Positions 19,879-30,778 are shown, numbered from the stretch's first letter. The stretch is DNA of 61,139 nt from Thermoguttaceae bacterium (GCA_025062105.1 JANXAQ010000089.1:1-61139); one strand, 5' to 3'. Numbers and translations are program-made. Notes: generated from the letters alone by a model not told the origin.

Positions 19879-20355
19879 GGGGACCTCAATGGGCAATGAC
19901 ATCATCATGGACTCCTAGGGGCTCTTCTCCAGGTCGGGAAAATGACAGTGGCCCATTCGGAGCAACAGGTGCATTATCTGGTGGCCGGTGTATGCGCTAT
20001 CCCCATTATTTTTCCTCATAAACCCATCAAAAGAAAAGCCCCCGGAGCGGCAGACACCCGCCCCAGAGGCTAAATCAGCTCATCCTCCTGGCTCCTCTGA
20101 AGGACCGCTTTGTTCCGAACCAGAGAGAAAAGGATGAAAACGTTAAAACCGTTTCGGCTCTGTCGAAAGGTTTTCGGTACCATAGGGAGCTTTTCCCTAT
20201 ACTGGTCGGTTTAGCTCCACTTTTGGTGGGCATAGACTTCCGACCGAAAAAGTTTTCCACAGAGCCAGCCGCTTCCAGAATGAGCTTTCCTACCCACCTG
20301 GAACTGAGAAAGGATGTTTCCCGATCCTTTCGGGATTTTATTTTGTTAGAGGTTT

Positions 20356-21684
20356 TTAGTAGGGTTTGTATTCGCCGGGCATGGGGATGGGGTAATTACC
20401 TTCGGCGTCTTTTTGGACTGGGGCCGGGGCGTCCCACCGGAGGTCTTTCGGGAACTCTGTTTCCCCTTTGGCGACCGCCTCGTCCCACCGTACTACTTGG
20501 CCGCTGTAGGTGGCCATTCGGCCAAGCACGGCGGTCATGCTGCTAATGGCCCCATACCAGCCTTCATTAAACGGTTTACCGGAACGGATGGCGGCGATCA
20601 AAGCCCGATGCTCTTCCACATAGGGATTCTCGCCTTTGCCGGTAAAATGCCACTGCTGTTTTCCGCGAATCCAACCACTGCAATTGGACTCCCCTTCAGT
20701 ACCATGGGCATGTTCGGAGACGCTTTGGAACGTATTGGGAATATGTCGGCATTGGCTATACATCTTGGTTCCGTCGGCATAGGTGAATTCGACGAAGTGT
20801 TGGTCGAAGATTTGCCCGGTGCCTTTCCATTCGCCCCGATAACGTTTTAGGCAGGCGCCCATGCCATTGGCTTCGACCGGATGGGCGTTTTTCACCCCTC
20901 CTAGAGCCGCTTCCATCACCCAGTTACAAATGTCCAAGTTATGGACATGCTGCTCGACGATGTTATCGCCCGACAGCCAGCAGAAATGATACCAATTGTG
21001 TACTTGATATTGCATTTCTGTCATGCCCGGTTCCCGCTTTCGGTTCCAGATGCCGCTGCCGTTCCAGTAGGCCCGCAGGAGCATGATTCGGCCGATGGCG
21101 CCGTCATGAATGCGTTTAATCGTCTCCACATAGTTGGCCTGATGCCGACGTTGCAAGCCCACGCCCACTTTCAGGCCTTTTTTATCGGCTAGTTCATTGG
21201 CTTCCATGAGCATCTTGAACCCAGGGGCATCGACACAGCAGGGTTTTTCCATGAACACATGTTTTCCCGCTTTGATGGCGGCGGCATATTGGATCGGCCG
21301 GAATCCAGGCGGCGAAGCCATCACCACCAAATCACAAGGCACCTCCAATGCCTTTTTGTGGCACTCCAGGCCGGCAAAAACATGGTCGTCCGGCAAGTTG
21401 ACCCGATCCTTGAAGTCTCTGCGCAGACCATCAGCCGCTCCTTTGGCACGATTTTCAAATGCATCGGCCACTGCCACCACCACCACAGCCGGATCCGCAT
21501 TCAGGCAATCTCGAATAGCTCCGTTGCCCCGCCCCCCGCAACCGATCAGAATTGCCCGAATCCGTTCTGATCCGGCTGCATGGGCGCTGCGGGCAATACT
21601 GAGCGAGCCGGTCAAACCTGCTCCAGCAGCCACCAATCCACTAGTCTTCAAAAACTCACGACGGGACACGTCTCTGGCTTGCAT
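20356..21684 (-). CDS. Gfo/Idh/MocA family oxidoreductase with Tat signal (paralogue of 16611-17951)
   Basis: MQARDVSRREFLKTSGLVAAGAGLTGSLSIARSAHA. Rossmann motif ILIGCGGRG. Conserved QVHNWYHFCWLSGDN. Confidence 0.8.
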   Translation of the reverse strand: MQARDVSRREFLKTSGLVAAGAGLTGSLSIARSAHAAGSERIRAILIGCGGRGNGAIRDCLNADPAVVVVAVADAFENRAKGAADGLRRDFKDRVNLPDDHVFAGLECHKKALEVPCDLVVMASPPGFRPIQYAAAIKAGKHVFMEKPCCVDAPGFKMLMEANELADKKGLKVGVGLQRRHQANYVETIKRIHDGAIGRIMLLRAYWNGSGIWNRKREPGMTEMQYQVHNWYHFCWLSGDNIVEQHVHNLDICNWVMEAALGGVKNAHPVEANGMGACLKRYRGEWKGTGQIFDQHFVEFTYADGTKMYSQCRHIPNTFQSVSEHAHGTEGESNCSGWIRGKQQWHFTGKGENPYVEEHRALIAAIRSGKPFNEGWYGAISSMTAVLGRMATYSGQVVRWDEAVAKGETEFPKDLRWDAPAPVQKDAEGNYPIPMPGEYKPY

Positions 21685-21960
21685 GGCAAAAACCTCCCAG
21701 CAAAAGGAACCAAGAGATACCAATGCTTTTCACGCAAAGGGACAAACAATGGGTACGCCAACCGCCTTGCCACGGTTATGATCTACAAATGTCCATTAAC
21801 CTGCCCCAAGAATTCCCACCCTGCCAGTTCGGAGAGGGGAACTTGTTTGCGAAGGGAAACTGCTTATCCTTCCTAGCAACCGATTCCGGAACTCCTAGTT
21901 CTTATCGCAGGAGTTGTTCTCCACAAAAAACTGCCAGGCAGGATGCATTTAGGAAGGCAA

Positions 21961-23889
21961 CTACATTTTATTTGCTTGGGCTTCCCGATATTCTTTAACC
22001 ACTTCCGGTTCGGGATCATATTTTTGGGCTTCTTCCGGGCTGGGCAGTTTTAACGGTCGAACCACCCGGAAGCCCACAAACGGCGCATCGGTCAAATACC
22101 AGATGCTCTGAGGAATTTGGGGATCCTGCATCTTCCAATCTTTATGCGAAGCGGTCCGGGCGGCGCTACGAAGCCGATCCGCATCGTCCTGCCATGAGCC
22201 GCCCCGGACCACCCGGCCCCATTCCTGCTTGGGGTCCGGCGGATTCCAAGGATTTACAGGCTTTTTACCCACTAAGGTTTCGTAAAACTTCGGATCATAC
22301 CGATCCAGCACCCACTCGGCTACATTGCCGTGCATATCGTGCAGGCCCCACGGATTGGGTTTCTTTTTGCCTACTCGCTGATATTTGTCGTTGCTATTAT
22401 CCGCATACCAAGCATATTCATCCAGTTTTTCCGGATCATCGCCGAAGCTGTAGGCGGTAGTAGTGCCGGCCCGGCAGGCGTATTCCCATTCTGCTTCTGT
22501 GGGCAGGCGATAGTATCGACCTGTTTTTGCCGACAGCCACTTGCAGTACATCTTGGCCGCCAACTGCGTCATGCAGACGGCCGGGTAGCCCTCCTTGCCC
22601 ATCCCAAAGGTCATATCCGTATAGGGCTTGGTGGGGATGGCAATAGCGTCGGCAATATGGTCTTGCTCGGTTGGAGCGATCTTTCTGATCTTTCGACGCT
22701 GTTTGTCTAGGCCCATCGCCCACAGCTCATATTCATCCCAGGTAACCTCACACTTGCCCATCCAGAACGGCTCAATACGCACTTCCACCTGGGGGCCTTC
22801 GTCCGGTTTACGATTTTTCTCATTCTCAGGGCTGCCCATCTTGAATGTGCCCCCACGGATCGGCACCATGTCAAACTTCACATCCGTGCCCGGAATGATC
22901 TCGGTATAAGGTTTCATTTCTGCTTCTGTAGTGGCTTCGGCTTCTGGAATCCGGATGGCCGGTTTAGGTAGCCAAACCACTGCTGGCACATCGGTCGGAT
23001 CCCGGCCATCGGGCAATCGAAACGTCTGTTCACCTTCCCCCGCTTTTGGCTGAGGTTTTTCCGGCCTACCTTTGTCAGGGTTATCTTTTGCAGCAGATTC
23101 GCTCGGCTTTTCTTGGGCCGATTTTTCTGCCCCCGCTTTTTCAACTGGTTTGCCGGTGGCGTTTTCCTCCGCCTTTTCTTGCGGTTTGGGTCCGGGAACT
23201 GGTTCAGCCACTTTTTCCTCGGTCATTTTTTCACTCGGTTTTTCGCCCGAAGACTCAGCGGGTTTTTCTTCCGTCGGTTTTTCCTGAGTTGCTTTTTCCT
23301 CTGGCATCTTTTCAGCAGGTTTCTCTTTAGGTTTTTCCTCAGGCGTTTGTTCCACGGGTTTTTCCACCGGCTTTACTTCGGGGAGCTTTTCTTCCGGCAT
23401 TTTTTCCGCCGGCTTTTCTTCAGGTTTTTCAGCGGGTTTTTCTTCCGTTGGTTTTTCCGCCGGCATCTTTTCGGCAGGTTCTTCTTTGGGTTTTTCCTCA
23501 GGCGGTTGTTCCACAGGTTTTTCCACCGGCTTTGCTTCGGGGAGCTTTTCTTCTGGCATTTTTTCCGCCGGCTTTTCTTCTGTCGGGGATTCCGCCGGTT
23601 TTACCCCTGGCTTTTCCTCAGGTTTTTCTTCAGACAGCTTTGGTTGTGCCGGGGCTTCAGTTGGTTTTTCCAGGGGTTTTTCTTCCGGGCCGGGAACTTC
23701 TGGTACCTTGATTACCGGCGGACCGGGTTGTGACGGTTGTGGTTTAGTTGGTTCTGCCGGTTGTTGGACGGCAGGTTTGGTAGGGGGTTGAGAGGGCTTT
23801 TTTTCCTGCGGTCCACAGCCTACCAAACCCGCCATCAACCCACAACTTATCCACAACAAGCACCCTCCTAGACCAACCATCCTTTTCAT
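21961..23889 (-). CDS. Lipoprotein with a Pro/Glu/Lys-rich repetitive linker and a C-terminal formylglycine-generating-enzyme (FGE-sulfatase/SUMF1) domain
   Basis: Lipobox LMAGLVGC. 53-aa tandem repeats ([30 protein letters not shown]). C-terminal FGE motifs [29 protein letters not shown] and RVVRGGSW. Confidence 0.7.
   Translation of the reverse strand: MKRMVGLGGCLLWISCGLMAGLVGCGPQEKKPSQPPTKPAVQQPAEPTKPQPSQPGPPVIKVPEVPGPEEKPLEKPTEAPAQPKLSEEKPEEKPGVKPAESPTEEKPAEKMPEEKLPEAKPVEKPVEQPPEEKPKEEPAEKMPAEKPTEEKPAEKPEEKPAEKMPEEKLPEVKPVEKPVEQTPEEKPKEKPAEKMPEEKATQEKPTEEKPAESSGEKPSEKMTEEKVAEPVPGPKPQEKAEENATGKPVEKAGAEKSAQEKPSESAAKDNPDKGRPEKPQPKAGEGEQTFRLPDGRDPTDVPAVVWLPKPAIRIPEAEATTEAEMKPYTEIIPGTDVKFDMVPIRGGTFKMGSPENEKNRKPDEGPQVEVRIEPFWMGKCEVTWDEYELWAMGLDKQRRKIRKIAPTEQDHIADAIAIPTKPYTDMTFGMGKEGYPAVCMTQLAAKMYCKWLSAKTGRYYRLPTEAEWEYACRAGTTTAYSFGDDPEKLDEYAWYADNSNDKYQRVGKKKPNPWGLHDMHGNVAEWVLDRYDPKFYETLVGKKPVNPWNPPDPKQEWGRVVRGGSWQDDADRLRSAARTASHKDWKMQDPQIPQSIWYLTDAPFVGFRVVRPLKLPSPEEAQKYDPEPEVVKEYREAQANKM
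23303..23590. repeat. Intragenic 159-bp tandem repeat (about 1.8 units) encoding a 53-aa PEK-rich repeat in the FGE lipoprotein
   Basis: Unit starts at 23303 and 23462 (ggcatcttttc.gcaggtt...cctcaggcg.ttgttccac.ggtttttccaccggcttt.cttcggggagcttttcttc.ggcattttttccgccggcttttcttc). Confidence 0.8.
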
Positions 23890-24045
23890 TGTGGCAACCT
23901 GATTCATGCACATCACCCTCACTTAAAGAACCACTACTGACACACTCTCATTCCGACACGTGCACAGGTATAGTAACCTTAAACTATCCGGAACCCAGGA
24001 TCAACCCGCCCCTAGGGATTTTGCAAGATATTTTTAGCTCGAGTG

Positions 24046-24232
24046 TTGCCATTTTTAACCTCCTGCCGAAAGGGGGAAGTTCTAAGCGCAACTCGCCATT
24101 TTTAGCCTTCTGACAAAGGGGAAAACTCCAACTCTTCGGAATTATTGGATTTAGGGAATTGTGTAACCAAAAGGAGGGTTCGCACTAAGTCCTGGAGGGA
24201 AAGCAAGTTAGGAAAAATGGCAAAGGTCAAGA
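24046..24232. mobile_element. MITE-like family B, tandem partial plus full copy
   Basis: gttgccatttttaacc... / ...gccatttttagcc...gttaggaaaaatggcaaaggtcaag. Confidence 0.6.
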
Positions 24233-24458
24233 TAAAAATTGGTACTTTCTGTCAAGTTCCCCATTATTGAAGTGAACTTGGTCTGGGACCGGCTTAGCTT
24301 CAGCACCTGGCCGCTCGGCTCTTGGGGATACCAAGGACTCTAACCTGTTGGAAGGCCATAGGGTCGAGGCCTCATGTTGGCCTCGCTGTTATACGTGGAA
24401 ATTCTGCGGAAGGGTCGTCCTGCAAAATGGGCAATATAGACAATATGCATAAAAAGTT

Positions 24459-24648
24459 GGAACCTCTGCATAATTGAAAGGGGATGCTTTTATACCATTT
24501 TGGCTTGGGCTCCCTCTAACACAACATATAGTGGTGGCACTATTGCTAGCATCCAATAGATAGTAGCTGTCCGGATATGACAACTGAATGTTTAGAGAAT
24601 CAAAAGTTCACAAAGTTCATTATATGTTCAGGATTTTGCAGAGATTCC
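24459..24648. mobile_element. MITE-like family A copy
   Basis: ggaacctctgca at the left end and gttcattatatgttcaggattttgcagagattcc at the right end, a terminal inverted repeat of about 30 nt. Confidence 0.7.
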
Positions 24649-25263
24649 AGTTATGTTAAAGAGCAACCAATAGGCTCAAAGAGTATTTTTCCTATAGTTC
24701 CCAAATGCTCTAAATTCCCCAAATCTGCTGGTCCACCGGTTCCAAAGCCCGTTTGGTAGTTATCCAGCCGCAGTAGGAGGCCTGGATAACCCCTGTGGCC
24801 TCCAAAGATAGGTATAACAGCGAGCCATGTTGGCAGATTCTTTTACCAGGGCTTGGAAGTTGGACATGGCATCCAGGAAGGTTTGAGCCGGTGGGGCTGG
24901 CTCATTAGCCTCCTTCCTACAGTTTCATAAAGTACCGGAAATAAGGTGGCACCCTGGAAAATGCCAAAAATGGACCTTTAGATGACTTTTGGTGGAACAT
25001 TAAAAAATTGTGAAGACGGTTAGTTGTATCAAGCAGGAGATTTGGGTAAGCTAATATAGAGAATTTAGACAAAATGATTAAACAAATCAATTTGCGAATT
25101 TTGGGAAATTATAAAAAATTATAAATACATTATAAATACAGAAGTCTGGGGTAGTTAGCCAGGAACCAAGATTGGCGGAAATAAAAACCAAAAATAATAC
25201 AAAAATACACAAGATAAAGAATCTGAACAATTAACATAAGATAGGATAGGAAAGGAGAAAGAG

Positions 25264-26094
25264 ATGTCCGCCCACATCAGGAGCAAATGGCAGAATAGGG
25301 TTTGGTTACTGGGCAGCATCATCACAGTGGTTTGTCTTTGGGTTGCTATCAAAACAGGACTGGCTTGGCAGCTCCTACCAGGCAGACCGGCTGGTGGGCA
25401 ACTATTAGCCTTTTTGGCCCCTAAAGCCCCTGTTCAGCCCCTTCCACAAGCTCCGGCAGACCAAGCTAACCAACTTCCTGGGCAAAAGCCAGCCACCAGC
25501 CCGCATCATCCGCTCATTCAGGCCCTGCTGCAAGCCCTGGAGGCCTTCCACGGCGAAGGTCAAGATGCCAAAGATGCCCTTCGGAACCGGTTGCATCAGG
25601 CTGACCAAGAACTTCGGGGGCTCCTAGGCGGTAGAAAAGAAAAAATCCTCCAACTTAACCGAAAACCGGTTTTACCCCTGATTGAGGAACCTTCTCCCAG
25701 CATCCCCCCACCTGAAGCCAAAAAACCAACCACACCCCCTGGTTCGGAACCTGCCCCAGCGTCCAAACTGGTATCTCCTCAAGCCAAACCATCCCAACCC
25801 CAGCCCAAACCCCCCTTGCCAGGCGGGCCTCCTGCTGAGCCGACAAAATCGGCTCCTTCCACCCAACAACCCAAACCTGTTGCCCCGCCTGACAAGCCTG
25901 GAGAAGTCCGAACCGCTCTTGTGCGGGCATTGCTGGAGGTGTTGGATAAACTAAACGACGTTTCGGAGGAGGATCGCCGACAGGTCCGGCAGCTGCTTTT
26001 GGAAGCGGATAAAGATCTTGCTAAGGCCCTCCAACCTCCCTCCGTCCCGATACCGAAGGTACCGCCTACTGCTGCCCCCTCGGCCAAACCGTAA
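25264..26094 (+). CDS. Proline-rich membrane-anchored hypothetical protein
   Basis: RBS aaaggag; one N-terminal TM (VWLLGSIITVVCLWVAI); low-complexity P/Q/K-rich remainder. Sits in an AT-rich, repeat-rich region. Confidence 0.45.
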   Translation: MSAHIRSKWQNRVWLLGSIITVVCLWVAIKTGLAWQLLPGRPAGGQLLAFLAPKAPVQPLPQAPADQANQLPGQKPATSPHHPLIQALLQALEAFHGEGQDAKDALRNRLHQADQELRGLLGGRKEKILQLNRKPVLPLIEEPSPSIPPPEAKKPTTPPGSEPAPASKLVSPQAKPSQPQPKPPLPGGPPAEPTKSAPSTQQPKPVAPPDKPGEVRTALVRALLEVLDKLNDVSEEDRRQVRQLLLEADKDLAKALQPPSVPIPKVPPTAAPSAKP

Positions 26095-26406
26095 CAAAGC
26101 CTCTTTTGAAGTTCCGGATTGCCCCAGCCACCCCTCTTTGGATTCCCGGATCCGGAAATGGGTTAGGATCTGCCTCTGGCTGACTCCATTTATCCCCACC
26201 GGGGGAAATGCTACTATAAGAAATGACCTCTTTCTGTGGGCCTTTGGTTCTGTTAAATGCTTTTCCACTCGGAGGCCTAAACCCACCAAAACCTGAGCAA
26301 AACGCCTAGGAAGGGCAAAACCTCCCCAGGATACGGAGAACCTTTCAACAGAACTTGGGCCTTTTCTTTTTGTTTGGTTACAGGTTTGTTAGGAAAGGAG
26401 ATTTCC

Positions 26407-29199
26407 ATGGACCGCTGGTGGATAGTTCTGGTGGGCTGGATGGCGATGGCGGTGGTAGGAGCGGGGCGATCGGCAGAGGCGTCTGCGGAACAAAAATCAT
26501 CTTCTAGGGCCCCGAAGGCAGAAGTGTCTTCGGAGGAATTATTTCCTTTTGTGCTCTCCTATGAGCCGAGCCAAGGCCTGCCCAACCTAAGTGGCTGGTT
26601 ACATCGGCCTGCCGGCAAGTATGGCTTTGTGCGGGTGCAACGGCAAGGGGAGAAAGCCTACCTAGCCACTGATGCGGGGCCGATCCGCTTCTGGGCCACC
26701 AATCTTTGCTTTGAAGCTTGTTTTCCTAGTCGAGAGGAAGCCCAACGATTAGCAGCCCGGTTGGCTAGCCTGGGCATTAACTGTGTGCGACTACATCACA
26801 TGGATAGCCATCATATCTGGGGCAAAAGCGGAAATCTTACCACCATCGACCCCCAGATGCTGGATCGGCTAGATTGGCTGATTTACCAACTCCAAGAGCA
26901 CGGTATTTATACAAATATTAACCTACATGTTTCCCGTTGGTTGGACGACCGGGACGGTTTTCCGCATCGGGACCGTCGGCCCACCTACGACAAAGGGTTG
27001 GGCAACTTTGAACCCCGGATGATCGAACTTCAGAGGAAATACGCTCGGGACTTACTCCGGCACGTGAATCCCTACACAAAACTTCCATATGCCGAAAACC
27101 CTGCTATCGCCTTCGTGGAAATCAGTAACGAAGACGCCTTGTTTGCCGAGTGGGGCGCCGGCCACCTGGATGATCTGCCTGACCCGTATGCAACTACCTT
27201 CCGAAAGCTCTGGAATGCCTGGCTCCGGACTAAATATGGTACAACAGAAAAGCTCCGCTCTGCTTGGCAAGTGGGCGAATATCCCTTAGGACCCCAGATG
27301 CTCCAAAACGGCGATTTTTCTAAGCCCTTCGATGTTGGCTGGCGCATGGAACGAGATCGGCTAACCGATGTTTCCTGGACGGTGCTTCAGCAGGGGGGGC
27401 CTGAGAATCGGCCATGCCTTCAGGTGGTGGTTCGCCGGCAGGGGGAAATGCCCTGGAACCCCCAGTTTAGCCAGGCCCACTTGGCCGTCCAAAAAGGCAC
27501 ACCCTACACGCTGCGGTTTTACGCCCGAAGCCCGCAGCCTCGGAAAATCGCTGTCAATTGCATGATGGCGCATGAGCCCTGGGAAAACCTGGGGCTATCG
27601 GCCAGCGTGAGCCTAGGACCTCGGTGGAAAGAATATTCGTACACGTTCACAGCCACTCGCTCCGATCCCAACGCCCGAATCACCTTCACCAGCCTCCAGC
27701 CGGGCACCTATGAACTAGCTGACGTCCGTCTACAACCGGGCGGCATCGTCGGCCTGGGAAACAACGAACGGCTCGAAGAGGATTCGGTCCCGATCTTACG
27801 ACGTTGGGAGGGCAAGCGGACGCCGGGCGCCTTAGCCGACTGGATCGACTTCCTCTGGGAGTTGGAACGCCGATATTGGCACGGCATGTACCGATTCCTG
27901 AAAGAAGAGCTGGGCGTACGAAGCCTGGTCTGTGGTACTCAGCTCAGCTACAGTCCGCCCTACATTCAAGCTGGTCTGGACTACATCGATGCCCATTCCT
28001 ACTGGCAGCATCCGCATTTCCCAGGTCGGCCCTGGGATCCTGCCAATTGGACGGTTCAGAATATCGCATTAGTCAATTCTCCCGGAGGAACGTTGGCCGG
28101 TTTGGCTGAGCGGCGGATTCTTGGCCATGCTTTCACCGTTAGCGAATACAACCACCCGGCCCCCAATGTCTATGCCGCCGAAGGGTTTCCGATGCTAGCT
28201 GCTTTTGCCGCCTTCCAAGGTTGGGACGCCATCTATTCATTCACCTACAGCCACAACCGAGAGTTTGAAGTTCGACGAATAACCGGCTTTTTTGACATCA
28301 AAAGCGATCCAAGCCGATTGGTTCACTTCCCCGCCTGTGCAGCCATGTTCCTGCGGGCTGATGTCCAACCAGCCCAGAAAACCCACGGAGTTCCCGTCTC
28401 ATTGGAGCAAGAGCGGCAAAACCTGCGAGAACACCAAAGTGCCTGGGCGGCTACCGTCCAGCAGTTTGGCTTGGACCGGCGGGTATCACTGCTCCATGCT
28501 ATTGGGATGAAACTGGTGGATCCAATTCCCTCGCCGGTGGGATCGGCCTCCGGGGGTAAAACGGTCCCCCAAGTTGGGAAAGTCTCGGGGACTACTCTGG
28601 CAAAAGCTGTTCCCCCGGCTAAACCTAGTACCGGGGCTACACTGGCTTTGGAGTCCGGTCTGCCTACCCTAGATAAAGAGGCCACCAGCTTTGTTTCGGA
28701 TACTGGACAACTTCGGTGGGATGTGTCTATCCCCAATGCGGGATATTTTACAGTGGACACACCACGAACCAAACTATTTACCGGTTTTATCCGTGGGCGT
28801 ACGTTCCGGCTAGGGGAAGTAGAAATACGGATCGGCAAGACCCGATTGGATTGGGCCACCGTCTCAATGACGGTGTTGGAGGGAGAGAGTTTTCGGGGGC
28901 CGGGTCGGATTTTGCTCGCTGCCACCGGCTGGGTCCAAAATACTGGGGCCGTGCTGAAACAGCTGGGTAACCAACAGGTTACGTTGGGCAATCAATGGGG
29001 GCAGGAACCGGTCCTTTGTGAAGGGATACCCGCCGAAGTGGTTATATTTATTTCCCCCGATCGAGTTAAATTTTATGCGTTGGATGAAGCAGGTCGCCGT
29101 GCTCTGCCGATCCAAGTGGAAAAATCCCCTACCGGTCATACTCTTCTGCGGTTAGGTCCTTCTTATAAAACGCTTTGGTATGAGATAGAGATTAAGTAA
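26407..29199 (+). CDS. Secreted glycoside-hydrolase-like protein (clan GH-A TIM-barrel type, GH5/GH42-like)
   Basis: Signal peptide MDRWWIVLVGWMAMAVVGAGRSAEA. IAFVEISNEDALFAEWG resembles the NEP/NEY acid-base region of GH-A enzymes. 930 aa. Confidence 0.5.
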   Translation: MDRWWIVLVGWMAMAVVGAGRSAEASAEQKSSSRAPKAEVSSEELFPFVLSYEPSQGLPNLSGWLHRPAGKYGFVRVQRQGEKAYLATDAGPIRFWATNLCFEACFPSREEAQRLAARLASLGINCVRLHHMDSHHIWGKSGNLTTIDPQMLDRLDWLIYQLQEHGIYTNINLHVSRWLDDRDGFPHRDRRPTYDKGLGNFEPRMIELQRKYARDLLRHVNPYTKLPYAENPAIAFVEISNEDALFAEWGAGHLDDLPDPYATTFRKLWNAWLRTKYGTTEKLRSAWQVGEYPLGPQMLQNGDFSKPFDVGWRMERDRLTDVSWTVLQQGGPENRPCLQVVVRRQGEMPWNPQFSQAHLAVQKGTPYTLRFYARSPQPRKIAVNCMMAHEPWENLGLSASVSLGPRWKEYSYTFTATRSDPNARITFTSLQPGTYELADVRLQPGGIVGLGNNERLEEDSVPILRRWEGKRTPGALADWIDFLWELERRYWHGMYRFLKEELGVRSLVCGTQLSYSPPYIQAGLDYIDAHSYWQHPHFPGRPWDPANWTVQNIALVNSPGGTLAGLAERRILGHAFTVSEYNHPAPNVYAAEGFPMLAAFAAFQGWDAIYSFTYSHNREFEVRRITGFFDIKSDPSRLVHFPACAAMFLRADVQPAQKTHGVPVSLEQERQNLREHQSAWAATVQQFGLDRRVSLLHAIGMKLVDPIPSPVGSASGGKTVPQVGKVSGTTLAKAVPPAKPSTGATLALESGLPTLDKEATSFVSDTGQLRWDVSIPNAGYFTVDTPRTKLFTGFIRGRTFRLGEVEIRIGKTRLDWATVSMTVLEGESFRGPGRILLAATGWVQNTGAVLKQLGNQQVTLGNQWGQEPVLCEGIPAEVVIFISPDRVKFYALDEAGRRALPIQVEKSPTGHTLLRLGPSYKTLWYEIEIK

Positions 29200-29200
29200 A

Positions 29201-29387
29201 GGGGCCTCTGGAAAATCCTGTACATATAGTGAACTTTGTGAACCTTTGAGTTTCTACCCGTTCGGTTGTCCTACTTGGACATCTACGATCTTATTGATTG
29301 CTAGCGATGCCAGCACCCCTATATGTTGTGTTAGAGGGATGATAAGCCACAATGGTATAAAAATATTCCTTTTGAATTTTGCAGCTT
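29201..29387. mobile_element. MITE-like family A copy
   Basis: ggggcctctggaaaatcctgtacatatagtgaac...ccacaatggtataaaaatattccttttgaattttgcagc. Confidence 0.7.
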
Positions 29388-29388
29388 G

Positions 29389-29537
29389 ATTTTTCCCATT
29401 TTTCCTAACTTGTTTTGATCTCAAGAGTTAGGGCGAATCCTCCGTTTGTTCACTCATTTTCCTAAGCCCAATACAATCGTTTCAAAGAGTTAGGACTTTC
29501 CCCCTTTGGCAGGAGAGCGAAAATCGCAAAAGTCGCG
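29389..29537. mobile_element. MITE-like family B copy, abutting a family A copy
   Basis: ttttcccatttttcctaacttgttttg...gagcgaaaatcgcaaaagtcgcg. Confidence 0.65.
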
Positions 29538-29895
29538 TGCACAGGTTCCTTTAAAAAATTGGCCAGTAGGTTTTCGGATCGAACAGAGTGGCTTTTCAAC
29601 TTTGAACGACTTTTTCCTTTGCGAAAAGAGAACGCCGGTTTTTTCTTGTATCTGGTTTTAGATTCCTACTTTCTAGGGAAATGCCATCAAAGGGCCTTTC
29701 TTTTTCGCCAGTCGATGGGAAAATAACCCCTCTTTGTGGGTGAAGTGTTACTAGGAAAGCTTTTCAAAGTTTCCTAGATTATCCAGTTTGAATTAAATTG
29801 CCCATTTTATCCAAATGGTGGGGTCAGAAGCTATATTGCCACCGGCCGAAGTGTTGACGTTTTTTAAACACTAGGGTTGCCATTTTTCCTAACTG

Positions 29896-30172
29896 TTTAT
29901 TTCTATTTCTAAAATAGTTACCGATGAAACCTTTCTTAGTTAATTTCCTAAGTCCAATCATTACAAGCAGTTAGAGTATTCTCCTTTCCCGGAGAGAAAA
30001 GATTGGGGAAAAGCGGCAAATTGGTTCGACTTTTACCAATGTTGCTCTTTCTGCCGAAATGGGAAAGTTCTAACTCTTTGGAATTATTAGAGTTAGAAAA
30101 CTGTCTGAACAAAAGGGGCATCGTAACCCCAGAGAACACAACAAGTTAGGGAAAATGGCAAAAGTCGAGGAG
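29896..30172. mobile_element. MITE-like family B, two tandem copies
   Basis: ggttgccatttttcctaac...ggttcgacttttaccaatg...gttagggaaaatggcaaaagtcgag. Confidence 0.6.
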
Positions 30173-30508
30173 AAGAACCTTCTAAAAAATGGGAGTCTAG
30201 ACCGCTTCCCGATGCTATCCTAACGCTCTGGGGGGGATATTAGGTAAACTGATTTTGTTAAAAGCTCTAAATTTTTTAACCAAGGGAAGTTAGGAAGCAG
30301 GAAGTTAGGAAGCAGATTTTGTTGGGAGGGGGGCTTCTGCACGCTAGCCTTGCAAATCCCAGAGTAATTGATACACTTTATAAATTAAAGAGTATAGAGG
30401 TTGTAGATTGGTTGATTGGTGGATCCTTGAGGAGTTTTCTTTGTCGGTTGGAAACGGGGCGATTTTTCAGGTTTTTTCTAACTTCTGTGGAGCCAGTGGT
30501 AAAGGACA

Positions 30509-30778
30509 ATGACGATCACCAAAGAACAGAAACGCCAGTTGATCGAGCAGTTCAAGCGGAGTCCGAACGATACGGGTTCTCCTGAGGTACAAATCGCCAT
30601 TTTGACAGCCCGTATCAACATACTGACCGAGCACTTGCGGGTGCATCGGAAGGATTTTGCTAGTCGTCGGGGGCTGCTGATGTTGGTCAGTCAGCGGCGG
30701 CGGCTTTTGGATTATCTGAAGCGGGAGGATCCCCAACGATATGTGGAGATCCTTCGCCAGCTCCAACTGCGCAAGTAG
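30509..30778 (+). CDS. rpsO: 30S ribosomal protein S15
   Basis: 89 aa, [72 protein letters not shown]...; canonical S15. Confidence 0.95.
   Translation: MTITKEQKRQLIEQFKRSPNDTGSPEVQIAILTARINILTEHLRVHRKDFASRRGLLMLVSQRRRLLDYLKREDPQRYVEILRQLQLRK

Noticed and set aside
23046-23791. Tandem repeats at 23100-23700 as a possible CRISPR array, and long plus-strand ORFs (FFRRLFF..., GFSSG...)
   Set aside because: The repeats are contiguous 159-bp units without spacers, inside a coding sequence. The plus-strand ORFs are antisense artefacts of the PEK-rich repeat on the minus strand.
30286-30315. 15-bp tandem direct repeat gaagttaggaagcag x2 upstream of rpsO
   Set aside because: It matches the subterminal gttagg(g)aaaatggc region of family B elements, so it is probably a repeat fragment and not a regulatory site.
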